NCBI GenBank assembly: GCA_963626805.1
Contig: CAVFXS010000063.1
Location: forward strand, 1,984-65,983
Direction: 5' to 3'
Length of the DNA stretch: 64,000 bases
Source of the DNA: Bacteroidales bacterium H4
GTDB lineage: Bacteria; Bacillota; Clostridia; Lachnospirales; Lachnospiraceae
Position 1 is the stretch's first letter. The number at the start of each line of letters is the position of its first letter. A program made the position numbers and the translations under genes. The notes under the pieces are model-generated. The model was not told the origin of the DNA, made no database searches, and saw only the letters and a list, made by a program, of their open reading frames with translations. This document shows, one piece after another, positions 1 to 8,186 of the stretch.

Positions 1-1
1 T

Positions 2-613
2 CAACGAGAACCGGAGACGGTTGAAACGGGAGATTCAGACAATAAGCGCGAAAATTTAAACGATCATCTCGGAAACATCGATATTATTAAGCGTCCCGAA
101 AGAACTCCGTCAAAAGGTTTCTTCTACGGAAAGGGCGATGAAGGCAGCACTGAATCAACAAGCACTAAGGGGACTTTGGGCTCGACAGGTGATCCTGGAT
201 TAAGAATCTTAAAAGGAAAGCGTAAAAGAAAAAAACTTGATTCGCATCGCGGTCTGCCAGATCCAGAAGGAAAAGATGTGGTAACGCAAAAGAAACCAGG
301 AGGGGAATCCAACTGTCCTTTGAAGAATGTTCGTATCATAAAAAAGAGCACTGGTATGTATTCTGTCAATTTTGAAATACCACACGATGTGGATTATGGA
401 AGGATTGAGCTTGTGACGGTTGGCGAAAATGGGAAATCGAATCGAATTCACATTAAAAGTGCCGAGTCTGCCGGTGGCTGCAAAAGTGCCAAAAAGAGCG
501 GAGATTATATAGAGGCCGAGGGCTTATCATCCTCAAACAAAGTTAAAATTGCAGTACAGCTTGCTGACTCAAGGGATTATGCTATGGAGGTAAACGTTTA
601 TGAACATAACTAA
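2..613 (+). CDS. Hypothetical protein, C-terminal part only (ORF open from the window edge); first visible gene of a 3-gene operon
   Basis: Frame 2 has no stop from nt 2 to TAA at 611-613, so the listed 176..613 ORF is only the tail of a longer protein. The next gene's start overlaps its 3' end. No family recognised. Confidence 0.6.
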   Translation, partial: QREPETVETGDSDNKRENLNDHLGNIDIIKRPERTPSKGFFYGKGDEGSTESTSTKGTLGSTGDPGLRILKGKRKRKKLDSHRGLPDPEGKDVVTQKKPGGESNCPLKNVRIIKKSTGMYSVNFEIPHDVDYGRIELVTVGENGKSNRIHIKSAESAGGCKSAKKSGDYIEAEGLSSSNKVKIAVQLADSRDYAMEVNVYEHN

Positions 614-1478
614 TAGACTGTTTGCCTATCCGGTACTTAGCGATGAAAAGGCTGATTATAAGGAATCGATATTCAACGTTGATTTCGAACAAGCTATGCA
701 GGGTGTCAACAGCTTGCAGCTTAATTTTGACATTGCGATGAATTGTCGAGAACTGCAAGAGATGATCTTAAATGGTCAGGCAGAATATGTCATCCATTTG
801 GAGTGCACTACAACTGCATACAGAGAAGTCCTGCATTCAGTTTCAAAACATATAGAACACATCATCCCAATCAGCAGAATCAACGGAACATTGGATGCCG
901 TGGCATTTGTAATTCTAAAAAAGCGTATATCGAAATTTTACAGTTCTGACTGGGTGGAAGACTTTGATGGCATGACATTTGATTTGTTTCAGGGGTCGAT
1001 ATTAGCATATCAAAATTTGACAAGCCTTGATATCACAAAGGATTATGAGGAATTCACTAATGCTGGTTCAATCTTCTCGATTTACAAGAGAATCACTGAC
1101 GAGGATAAGCCAGCGGAGATAATGCTCGATTCAGCTAAAATTAGAATAGGCCTTGGCAGCCATGATTATGATGTTTATTCGGTCTATTCTGCGAAAACAG
1201 AGTTACAATCACTCTTCCATTCAATGCTGATTTTACCGGCGCTGGTATATGTGTTTGAAGAACTAAAGCAAGACGATGGAGAAGAAACTTATCATAACAA
1301 AGAATGGTTTTTGGCTTTGGAGAAATCCTATGCTAAAAGAGGAATGAGATTCATGGATGAGGTTCTTAATAGCGAAAAGACTTCATATCAACTCGCTCAG
1401 GAGGCGATGGAACTTCCATTAACTAAGGCACTAAACCAAATTCCGATATTCTTTGACACTACAGAGGAGGACTCGTGA
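600..1478 (+). CDS. Hypothetical protein (292 aa), middle gene of the 3-gene operon
   Basis: ATG at 600 preceded by GGAGG (586-590). It overlaps the upstream ORF by 14 nt and the downstream start. No recognisable motifs. Confidence 0.7.
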   Translation: MNITNRLFAYPVLSDEKADYKESIFNVDFEQAMQGVNSLQLNFDIAMNCRELQEMILNGQAEYVIHLECTTTAYREVLHSVSKHIEHIIPISRINGTLDAVAFVILKKRISKFYSSDWVEDFDGMTFDLFQGSILAYQNLTSLDITKDYEEFTNAGSIFSIYKRITDEDKPAEIMLDSAKIRIGLGSHDYDVYSVYSAKTELQSLFHSMLILPALVYVFEELKQDDGEETYHNKEWFLALEKSYAKRGMRFMDEVLNSEKTSYQLAQEAMELPLTKALNQIPIFFDTTEEDS

Positions 1479-2524
1479 TGAAATTGTACATAATGAAACG
1501 AGATGCTCTGGAAACATTAAAAGCTAATCTACCAGCAGTCTACGGAAAATACTATACAGAGAAATCTAATAAGTGGATATGTGACATTTGTGGCGAAGAT
1601 CCGTTTATTGAATTTAAGGATGTGACCGAGTTTACATTGGCAAGCTTAAACTCGGATCTGACACCAGGTGAAATAGACCTTGAAAATTGCAAAATATTAT
1701 ATGAAAAGCTGATGTTTCTAAGCGAGTCGCAGGCAAGTGACGAGAGGCTGTGGGCAGGACTTACACATGCAACATTTTATGAATACATGAGAGAGCGCTG
1801 GGGATACGGGCATGGAAAAAAGCCGAAGAGTGCTGAGAAAGAAGTCGGAGCTATCCAGACGAGGTTTTTTTATAAGAACTCAGGCAGGAGTGGATTTTAC
1901 AGGAATACACTTTCAAAATGCTGGTGGGTTGGTCATAACACATATAATCCCAATAATGCAAGCAATCATTTTGAAAGTTTAGATATTATTGGTAGTAATG
2001 ACCTTAACTCAAAAATCAATGAATTCTTTTATAACTTTACTTTTTCTTCAAATCCGGAAGTTATGTCTGCAATTATTGAGGCGCTTAGGGTATTCAAGGA
2101 AGAAGGAAAAGCTCTTTCTGTAAGAAATCATATTCGTCCGGCAATGTCATACCTGAACGCGGTTGGAGGCTCAGTGGTTATAGATTGCCTATCTAAGGAA
2201 GAAATAACAAGCATTTTTTCAGATGCTATTGTTGCTATTATGCAGGGAGATACGCCTTCGTTGAATCTGGATGGTGGCATAGAAGAAGACATTGACTATT
2301 CAGTAGATGACGAATCCACCCCTGGAGAAGAACCGGATGAGCCAGAAGTAATATTGGGATGCAAGGTCGTTATTCGAAATGAACATAACGAAACCAAAAC
2401 ATACAAATATGATTTAATGAATGGTACTTTACCTAAAGCACTTGAAGTGTTCACAGGCCATAAAGCAGGAGATGTAATAGAGATGCTTGGGTGCGAGTGG
2501 AAGATAGAAGACGTGATTTTTTGA
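1478..2524 (+). CDS. Hypothetical protein (about 348 aa) with a GreA/GreB C-terminal-like tail
   Basis: ATG 1478 (or GTG 1475) overlaps the TGA of the previous gene, with GGAGG at 1466-1470. The C-terminal ~60 aa (VILGCKVVIRNEHNETKTYKYDL...GHKAGDVIEMLGCEWKIEDVIF) follow the GreA C-terminal domain pattern as I remember it. The N-terminal ~280 aa are not recognised. Confidence 0.7.
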   Translation: MKLYIMKRDALETLKANLPAVYGKYYTEKSNKWICDICGEDPFIEFKDVTEFTLASLNSDLTPGEIDLENCKILYEKLMFLSESQASDERLWAGLTHATFYEYMRERWGYGHGKKPKSAEKEVGAIQTRFFYKNSGRSGFYRNTLSKCWWVGHNTYNPNNASNHFESLDIIGSNDLNSKINEFFYNFTFSSNPEVMSAIIEALRVFKEEGKALSVRNHIRPAMSYLNAVGGSVVIDCLSKEEITSIFSDAIVAIMQGDTPSLNLDGGIEEDIDYSVDDESTPGEEPDEPEVILGCKVVIRNEHNETKTYKYDLMNGTLPKALEVFTGHKAGDVIEMLGCEWKIEDVIF

Positions 2525-2840
2525 TAAATCGTACGGCGTGTATTTGAGAAGTTGATTGACCTGTTTCCGCATACCTTTATAGGGCAGACCAGTTTCCTTC
2601 ACGCTTGACATCAATGGTGGCGTCTCGGGGCAAGAGCAACCACTCTGTCGAGCAAAGCGAGAGCAGAACTTCCGTAGATTATTTTGTGCCACGAGTGCCA
2701 AGCACGAATCCTTATTTCCTGGGCTTTTAGGAACTTTGCATCTGGCTTTAACAATCAAAGTACAATTTCAATCCTAAAATGGAAAGTCAGACTGTGAATT
2801 GAATGTTGGGAAAAAATAAAGAAGAATGGGAAGAGATGTT

Positions 2841-3251
2841 ATGCAGCACGAATGCAGGATAACAGTTCTGGAAACAAAGGTATTCCCGGAACTGCAGGAA
2901 AAATATCTGGCTGATCCAAAGTCAGGACCGTGTCCCTGCTTCAAGGCAGGCGATACATTCTTATTAAAGAGAACGCCACAGCAGGATGATTTCTATCATC
3001 TGATGAACGGCAAGTTCTGCGGTGAGGCGTGGGACGCAGTGAGCCGATATGTCTATACCGCTTTGCAGGGCGGCTCCATCATGCATGGCTGGACAAATGA
3101 CGAGCGCATGATGATTACCTGCTGCAATGACGGGACAAGACCTGTCATATTCAAAATAGAAAGAATCGACATCCCGGAGAGTGAAGAAGAAAGGCTATGG
3201 CTGGAGACACAAAATTTCAAGAACACTGCGGAGGATGCTTATACGGGATAA
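2841..3251 (+). CDS. TIGR04076-family small Cys-rich protein
   Basis: Pattern ITVLE...GPCPCFKAGDTF...FCGEAW...ITCCNDGTRPVIFKIERI matches my recollection of TIGR04076 proteins. The start could be 2826 or 2841. Confidence 0.6.
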   Translation: MQHECRITVLETKVFPELQEKYLADPKSGPCPCFKAGDTFLLKRTPQQDDFYHLMNGKFCGEAWDAVSRYVYTALQGGSIMHGWTNDERMMITCCNDGTRPVIFKIERIDIPESEEERLWLETQNFKNTAEDAYTG

Positions 3252-3278
3252 AAGAATCAGGATTTCAGGAGGTTGGCA

Positions 3279-3803
3279 ATGAAGATTGTAATCATAAATG
3301 GAAGTGCAAGAAAGGGAAACACATTAACAGCGATTCAGGCATTTACTGAAGGCGTCGCAGAAGGCAATGAGATAGAAATCATCGCACCAGAAAAGTTAAC
3401 TATTGCTCCATGTAAAGGCTGCGGAGTCTGTCAATGCAGCAAGGGCTGCGTAGATCAAGACGATACGAATCCGACCATAGATAAAATCGTTGCAGCGGAT
3501 GTGATTGTATTTGCCACACCGGTTTATTGGTGGGGAATGTCAGCACAGCTGAAGCTCATCATTGATAAATGCTATTGCAAGGGGCTCCTTCTGAAAAATA
3601 AGAAGGTCGGTGTCCTTGTTGTCGGAGCTGCTCCGGTCGGCAGCATCCAGTATGAACTAATCAATAAGCAGTTCCAGTGTATGGCAGATTACCTATCCTG
3701 GAATATGCTGTTTCAGAAATCCTATTCTGCAAGCGGCAGAACAGACCTAAGCCATAATACAGATGCTATTGCTGAACTAAAGGAACTTGGTTTCTGCTTA
3801 TAA
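3279..3803 (+). CDS. Flavodoxin-family / iron-sulfur flavoprotein-like NAD(P)H-dependent FMN reductase
   Basis: N-terminus MKIVIINGSARKGNT, a CxxCxxC-like cluster (CKGCGVCQCSKGC), and VFATPVYWWGMSAQLK typical of this family. GGAGG lies 6 nt upstream of ATG 3279. Confidence 0.7.
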   Translation: MKIVIINGSARKGNTLTAIQAFTEGVAEGNEIEIIAPEKLTIAPCKGCGVCQCSKGCVDQDDTNPTIDKIVAADVIVFATPVYWWGMSAQLKLIIDKCYCKGLLLKNKKVGVLVVGAAPVGSIQYELINKQFQCMADYLSWNMLFQKSYSASGRTDLSHNTDAIAELKELGFCL

Positions 3804-3822
3804 ACAAGGATAGGATTGAATT

Positions 3823-4863
3823 ATGAATGATATCGTTAAAAGAAAAGATGGAGAAGTGGAAGCTGTCGATAATAAGGTCATGCAAATAACACCGGAGACA
3901 GCAGACATAAATTTTGAAGATGTGCTGGCAAAATTGACGCAGTATGTGAATGTAGCAGATGCAATTTTTCATGTTGAGAAAACGGTAGAATATGTCGTAC
4001 AAATACCGCTTAAATACAAGGATGCTTTTCAAACTGGAGAGGTATTTATCAATCAAAACCAAAAGACTGGTGTAATGTGGCCCACATTGTATCGTACCTT
4101 AGATTCAGGGAAAAGACAGTTTGTTGATAATATGCCGATAAAACCTGAGCAGCTTACTCAAGGTAATCCATTTGAAAGCATGGCAATCAGCTATCATAAT
4201 TTGTATATGCAGCAGCAAATAAATAATCTTGCAGAGGTTATGAATCAAACCTACAAGGTTGTTGAGCGCATCGAACAAGGCCAATTAGATGATAGGATTG
4301 GACTACTGATTGCGGGTAGGGACCAGGTATTGTTGGCATTGCACTCTGCCCCGGAAAATAGGATTTTAGCTATTGAACAGGGGCGCAGTAATATGCTTAT
4401 AGCACAGAAACAGCTTCTTCAGACATTTAAGCGTAGGGTTGAAAATTTCGATCTTATTCCAGAAAGCGGATGGAGCAGATTTTGGCTTGAATTTAAACAT
4501 AGTGGGACGTTTAAACAGAGGGACAAGGAGTTTTCGGATATTCAAGAATACTATTCTTTATATCTTCAAGCTACGCAAATGGTGGCAGCGTCATACGCAA
4601 TAAGTGGTGAAATAGAGGCGGCTCAACAGGTGTTTGAAATAGCTGAGCAGGACATGAAGGAGATTAATTTTGATGCTATAAAAACGCTTGGGTTCATTCA
4701 TAAAAATAATTCAGAGATGTTATATAACCACGCTGACGAATATGTGGCAGTCGAACGTGAAATATGCATGAATGAGGCACAGGAATATGATGCCATAAAT
4801 ATTGAAATCAGTGGTGCCAAATTATTGGAGGTATTTGAAAATGAAAGAACAAAAAAGATTTAA
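3823..4863 (+). CDS. Hypothetical protein (346 aa), unknown family
   Basis: Long ORF beginning 19 nt after the flavoprotein stop. Its 3' end overlaps the start of a small TM ORF. The C-terminal half looks largely helical; no catalytic motif recognised. Confidence 0.7.
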   Translation: MNDIVKRKDGEVEAVDNKVMQITPETADINFEDVLAKLTQYVNVADAIFHVEKTVEYVVQIPLKYKDAFQTGEVFINQNQKTGVMWPTLYRTLDSGKRQFVDNMPIKPEQLTQGNPFESMAISYHNLYMQQQINNLAEVMNQTYKVVERIEQGQLDDRIGLLIAGRDQVLLALHSAPENRILAIEQGRSNMLIAQKQLLQTFKRRVENFDLIPESGWSRFWLEFKHSGTFKQRDKEFSDIQEYYSLYLQATQMVAASYAISGEIEAAQQVFEIAEQDMKEINFDAIKTLGFIHKNNSEMLYNHADEYVAVEREICMNEAQEYDAINIEISGAKLLEVFENERTKKI

Positions 4864-5026
4864 GACCCAGAAACTTGATAGTAAGGACTATGAGAAGACA
4901 GAAGAAGGGGCAAAACTATTGAAGAACGGTGGCTTGGTATTGTCTGCCGTGGTCTTTGCTGGTGGAGTAATCAAAAAATGCGGACCTAAGATATTAAAAG
5001 GAATAAATGTAATTCGTAAAATTTGA
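4841..5026 (+). CDS. Small single-pass membrane protein (61 aa)
   Basis: ATG 4841 lies 9 nt after GGAGG (4827-4831) and overlaps the upstream gene by 23 nt. It has a charged N-terminus followed by the hydrophobic segment GGLVLSAVVFAGGVI. It ends 13 nt before the methyltransferase start. Confidence 0.55.
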   Translation: MKEQKRFKTQKLDSKDYEKTEEGAKLLKNGGLVLSAVVFAGGVIKKCGPKILKGINVIRKI

Positions 5027-5039
5027 GGAGGCACTGCCG

Positions 5040-6533
5040 ATGTATGCACAAGCAGCGATAAAAAGAAATATCATACCTCGTAACGGTGCATACCGTATCG
5101 TTAACAGGGATGTGCATTTTTGCACACCCCCGTGTTCATCGTTACGGAGTAAGAAACACACTTCGTTAGGTCGTATCACTTTAGACACGGCAACCGAGCC
5201 GTGTATAGGTAGTGGTGCGTTCTATTCTGCACTTTTGAATACGGTGGATAAAAAGACCATTCTAAATGCCACAGGGATTGAGATTGATTCAGAGTACTAT
5301 GATTGTGCGAAAAAGCTTTGGGAAGAATCCGGTATTGAATTGCTCCATGGGGACTTCACAAGAATAACACCAAACAGTAGATACAATCTGGTAATTACAA
5401 ATCCTCCATATGTCCGACACCATTACCTTACAAAAGAAGTCAAGGCATATTTAGCAAAAACTGAGAAAGATGAAATAGGGATAGCTTTATCTGGCTTAGC
5501 AGGGTTATATTGCCATATTATTTTATTAGCTCATAAATGGCTTTCACCGAATGCAATTTGTGGATGGCTGATACCAAGCGAATTTATGGATGTAAACTAC
5601 GGAAGTGCGATAAAGGAATATCTCCTCAATCATGTTCACCTTCTCAGAATACACAGGTATAACCCCGAATCTTCAATGTTTTCAGATGCGTTGGTCTCTT
5701 CATGTGTGGTGTGGTTCAAAAACGAAATTGTCGAAGAAGACTATGAAATCGAGTTCTCTTTAGGAGGCACTCATGATGTGCCTATGATGAGTAAGCTGAT
5801 ACATAAGTCAGATTTGATTGCTGAGAGAAAATGGACGCGTTTCCCAGAAAAGCAGATTCGAAGTAATGAAACTTCTAATGCTACGTTGGGTGATTTTTTT
5901 GAAATCAAACGGGGTCTCGCAACTGGCGACAACAGTTTCTTTATCATGAGCCACGACAAAACACAAGAGCTGGGCCTTGATATGTCGCTGCTAAAGCCAA
6001 TTCTGCCGAGTCCAAGATATTTAAAGACGGATCTCGTCAACTCAGATGACAATGGAATGCCACAAATTGATCAACAATACTTTTTGTTGGACTGCGATTT
6101 GCCGGAGCAAGAACTTGAGAAGGACTATCCCACTATATGGAGATATTTGCAGAGTGGAATAGATACGACAAGCAAAAAATATCTATGTAAGACCAGAAAA
6201 ATATGGTACTTGCAAGAACATAGAGATGCGACATATTTCTTGTGTTCATATATGGGGAGAGGTAAGGAGCATGACTTGCCGGTTAGATTTATATTAAACC
6301 TATCGGAGGCCATTGCCACTAACTCATATTTGATGCTATATCCCCAAAAAGGCTTACAAGAAATCATATCAGCCAACCCAAGATCTGTTTACAAAATATG
6401 GGAAGCACTGAAGAGTATTAATGGTAGTGAGATTGAAGAAGAAGGTCGCATTTACGGCGGTGGGTTAAAAAAAATTGAGCCTAGGGAATTAGCTAAGGTT
6501 TCATGTGATGATCTAGTGCGCATTTGCACATGA
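5040..6533 (+). CDS. N6-adenine DNA methyltransferase, gamma class (Eco57I/TaqI-like)
   Basis: FxTPP-like motif (HFCTPP), motif I EPCIGSGAF, then motif IV ITNPPYVRHH in gamma-class order. A long C-terminal target-recognition-like region follows. GAGGAGG lies upstream of the ATG. Confidence 0.85.
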   Translation: MYAQAAIKRNIIPRNGAYRIVNRDVHFCTPPCSSLRSKKHTSLGRITLDTATEPCIGSGAFYSALLNTVDKKTILNATGIEIDSEYYDCAKKLWEESGIELLHGDFTRITPNSRYNLVITNPPYVRHHYLTKEVKAYLAKTEKDEIGIALSGLAGLYCHIILLAHKWLSPNAICGWLIPSEFMDVNYGSAIKEYLLNHVHLLRIHRYNPESSMFSDALVSSCVVWFKNEIVEEDYEIEFSLGGTHDVPMMSKLIHKSDLIAERKWTRFPEKQIRSNETSNATLGDFFEIKRGLATGDNSFFIMSHDKTQELGLDMSLLKPILPSPRYLKTDLVNSDDNGMPQIDQQYFLLDCDLPEQELEKDYPTIWRYLQSGIDTTSKKYLCKTRKIWYLQEHRDATYFLCSYMGRGKEHDLPVRFILNLSEAIATNSYLMLYPQKGLQEIISANPRSVYKIWEALKSINGSEIEEEGRIYGGGLKKIEPRELAKVSCDDLVRICT

Positions 6534-6680
6534 TGCATCTTAAAATGCAGTGTCGTATCTCTTAGTGGGCGTATACTTCTTTGCAATGTTTGGGCTCTAT
6601 CTCTTATCAATTTGTTGTCCGCACAAGGACATTCGTCGCTAAGAAGTTAAGACTCTCCTAATCCGGAAGGGGCTGATACC

Positions 6681-7562
6681 ATGAGACGCATTTGGAACAA
6701 CAAAAAATATATTGTGTCAAGAGCCACTGCATTTACAGGTAGCGCATATGCCATGTTGGGCTTTGTTGGAACACTTGTACCTTTAGACGAATGTCTACCG
6801 AACTCTATGCCTATGTTAATGCGTGTCATTATCAGCGCAGCAGTATTGATATGCGTATGGCTTGTTTTCTTCATCGGAGCATCATTGTATGTTTTATGTA
6901 AAAATAAGGTTTGCGTGCTTTCAGCTAACAATGGTCATGCCTTATATCTTCAATATGGAGACATATTTAGTGCTGAGGAAGTTGCAAATCCTGGTATACG
7001 TCGGAATATTGTAATTCCAGTCAACCGGTGCTTCGATACTCATGTAGACAATCAAATTGTTTCCGAACAAACTCTACACGGAATGACTTTGAAAAGGCTT
7101 TATTCTTCTGGAATGTTTACAGAGGAAAGCCTGTCCAGCCTAATAGAAACCCGTTTGTTGCAAGAGAAATGCGAGAATCTTTCAAGCTCTGACAAGCCTG
7201 CTGGAAAGCTCAAGCGATACCCTGTTGGAACCATCGTCGATGTGGCCGGAGTTGATGGAGAGCATTATTTTCTTTGGGCGTTAAGTACATTCGACAGCAA
7301 CTTGAAAGCACACACAACGATGCAGGATTATACATTGGCTGTGCAGAAATTGATCGAAGCGTGCAATTCAGAATCGGAAGGATTTCCAATAGTTTTGCCG
7401 CTTGTTGGAACCGGACTTTCTAGGATAAAAAAGGACCAATGTGATGTCCTTCGGTATTTGATTAATGCTTTCAGATTAAACAAGGCGGAAATCAATTCCG
7501 ACATTCACATTATCATTCGGGAAGAGTTAAAAGACGAAATTGCTATTATGAGCATTAAGTAA
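6681..7562 (+). CDS. thsA: ThsA-like effector: two N-terminal TM helices plus a Macro-like domain (type II Thoeris)
   Basis: Two hydrophobic helices (AFTGSAYAMLGFVGTLVPL; VIISAAVLICVWLVFFIGASLYVL). The C-terminal region (NIVIPVNRCFDTHVDNQIVSEQTLHG...VLPLVGTGLSRI) resembles the ThsA-type Macro domain. A TIR-like gene follows immediately. Confidence 0.6.
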   Translation: MRRIWNNKKYIVSRATAFTGSAYAMLGFVGTLVPLDECLPNSMPMLMRVIISAAVLICVWLVFFIGASLYVLCKNKVCVLSANNGHALYLQYGDIFSAEEVANPGIRRNIVIPVNRCFDTHVDNQIVSEQTLHGMTLKRLYSSGMFTEESLSSLIETRLLQEKCENLSSSDKPAGKLKRYPVGTIVDVAGVDGEHYFLWALSTFDSNLKAHTTMQDYTLAVQKLIEACNSESEGFPIVLPLVGTGLSRIKKDQCDVLRYLINAFRLNKAEINSDIHIIIREELKDEIAIMSIK

Positions 7563-7572
7563 GGAGGTCAAA

Positions 7573-8094
7573 ATGGCAACTTATAGAACTCGGACTTATA
7601 TTGCTGGCGATTGGGATCACGATAAAGATGCCGTGGATCAGCTACACAAATGGAATGACAGCAACTATTGGAATCTTCATTTTACCGATGCACACGACCT
7701 GACATCCTCAAGAGATAGCAGCCTTAATTGCACAATCAAAGCTTCTCTAAAAACACGCATGGACGCATCTAATACGTTTGTGCTGATTGTCGGAGATCAA
7801 ACCGATTCAATTACTGCTGGCGGTTGTCAATGGTGTAGAAGCTACAACAGTAATGGCCGATACTGTGTAAGAGAACATAGCGTTGACTATAGAAGCTATG
7901 TTAAGTTTGAATGTGACAAAGCAGTTGATGCCGGAATTAAAATAATAGTCCTATATAACGACACAAAGATTGATAGGACAAAATGCCCTGATGCCGTTAG
8001 GTATCGAGGAACTCACACTGCCATGGTTTATAAGGGCAGCGATGGCAAGTACTATTGGGATTATCAATCCGTAAAGAATGCTTTTGATGCATAG
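7573..8094 (+). CDS. thsB: ThsB-like TIR-like (DUF1863-type) protein
   Basis: YIAGDWDHDKD...NLHFTDAHDL...FVLIVGDQT...YVKFECDKAV...IIVLYN matches the DUF1863/ThsB TIR-like pattern, including a candidate catalytic Glu. AAGGAGG RBS; the start is 10 nt after the thsA-like stop. Confidence 0.7.
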   Translation: MATYRTRTYIAGDWDHDKDAVDQLHKWNDSNYWNLHFTDAHDLTSSRDSSLNCTIKASLKTRMDASNTFVLIVGDQTDSITAGGCQWCRSYNSNGRYCVREHSVDYRSYVKFECDKAVDAGIKIIVLYNDTKIDRTKCPDAVRYRGTHTAMVYKGSDGKYYWDYQSVKNAFDA

Positions 8095-8123
8095 AAGCAT
8101 AGAATAAATAAAATACCGTACTC

Positions 8124-8159
8124 GAATCCGTCTATCTTCATAGGTAGGCGGATTTTTTG
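8124..8159 (+). terminator. Rho-independent terminator after the TIR-like gene
   Basis: Hairpin GAATCCGTCTA...TAGGCGGATT (with G-U wobbles) followed by a run of six T. Confidence 0.6.
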
Positions 8160-8186
8160 TTTCCCAAATCCAAGGAGGTAACGCCC

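Noticed and set aside
2429-2758. 109-aa minus-strand ORF spanning the 300-nt gap between the three-gene operon and the TIGR04076-like gene
   Set aside because: It has no RBS, overlaps the 3' end of the plus-strand gene, and its peptide matches nothing I recognise (I considered a transposase or intron remnant). The gap more likely holds the terminator and promoter signals between two operons. I could not identify a convincing structured RNA in it.
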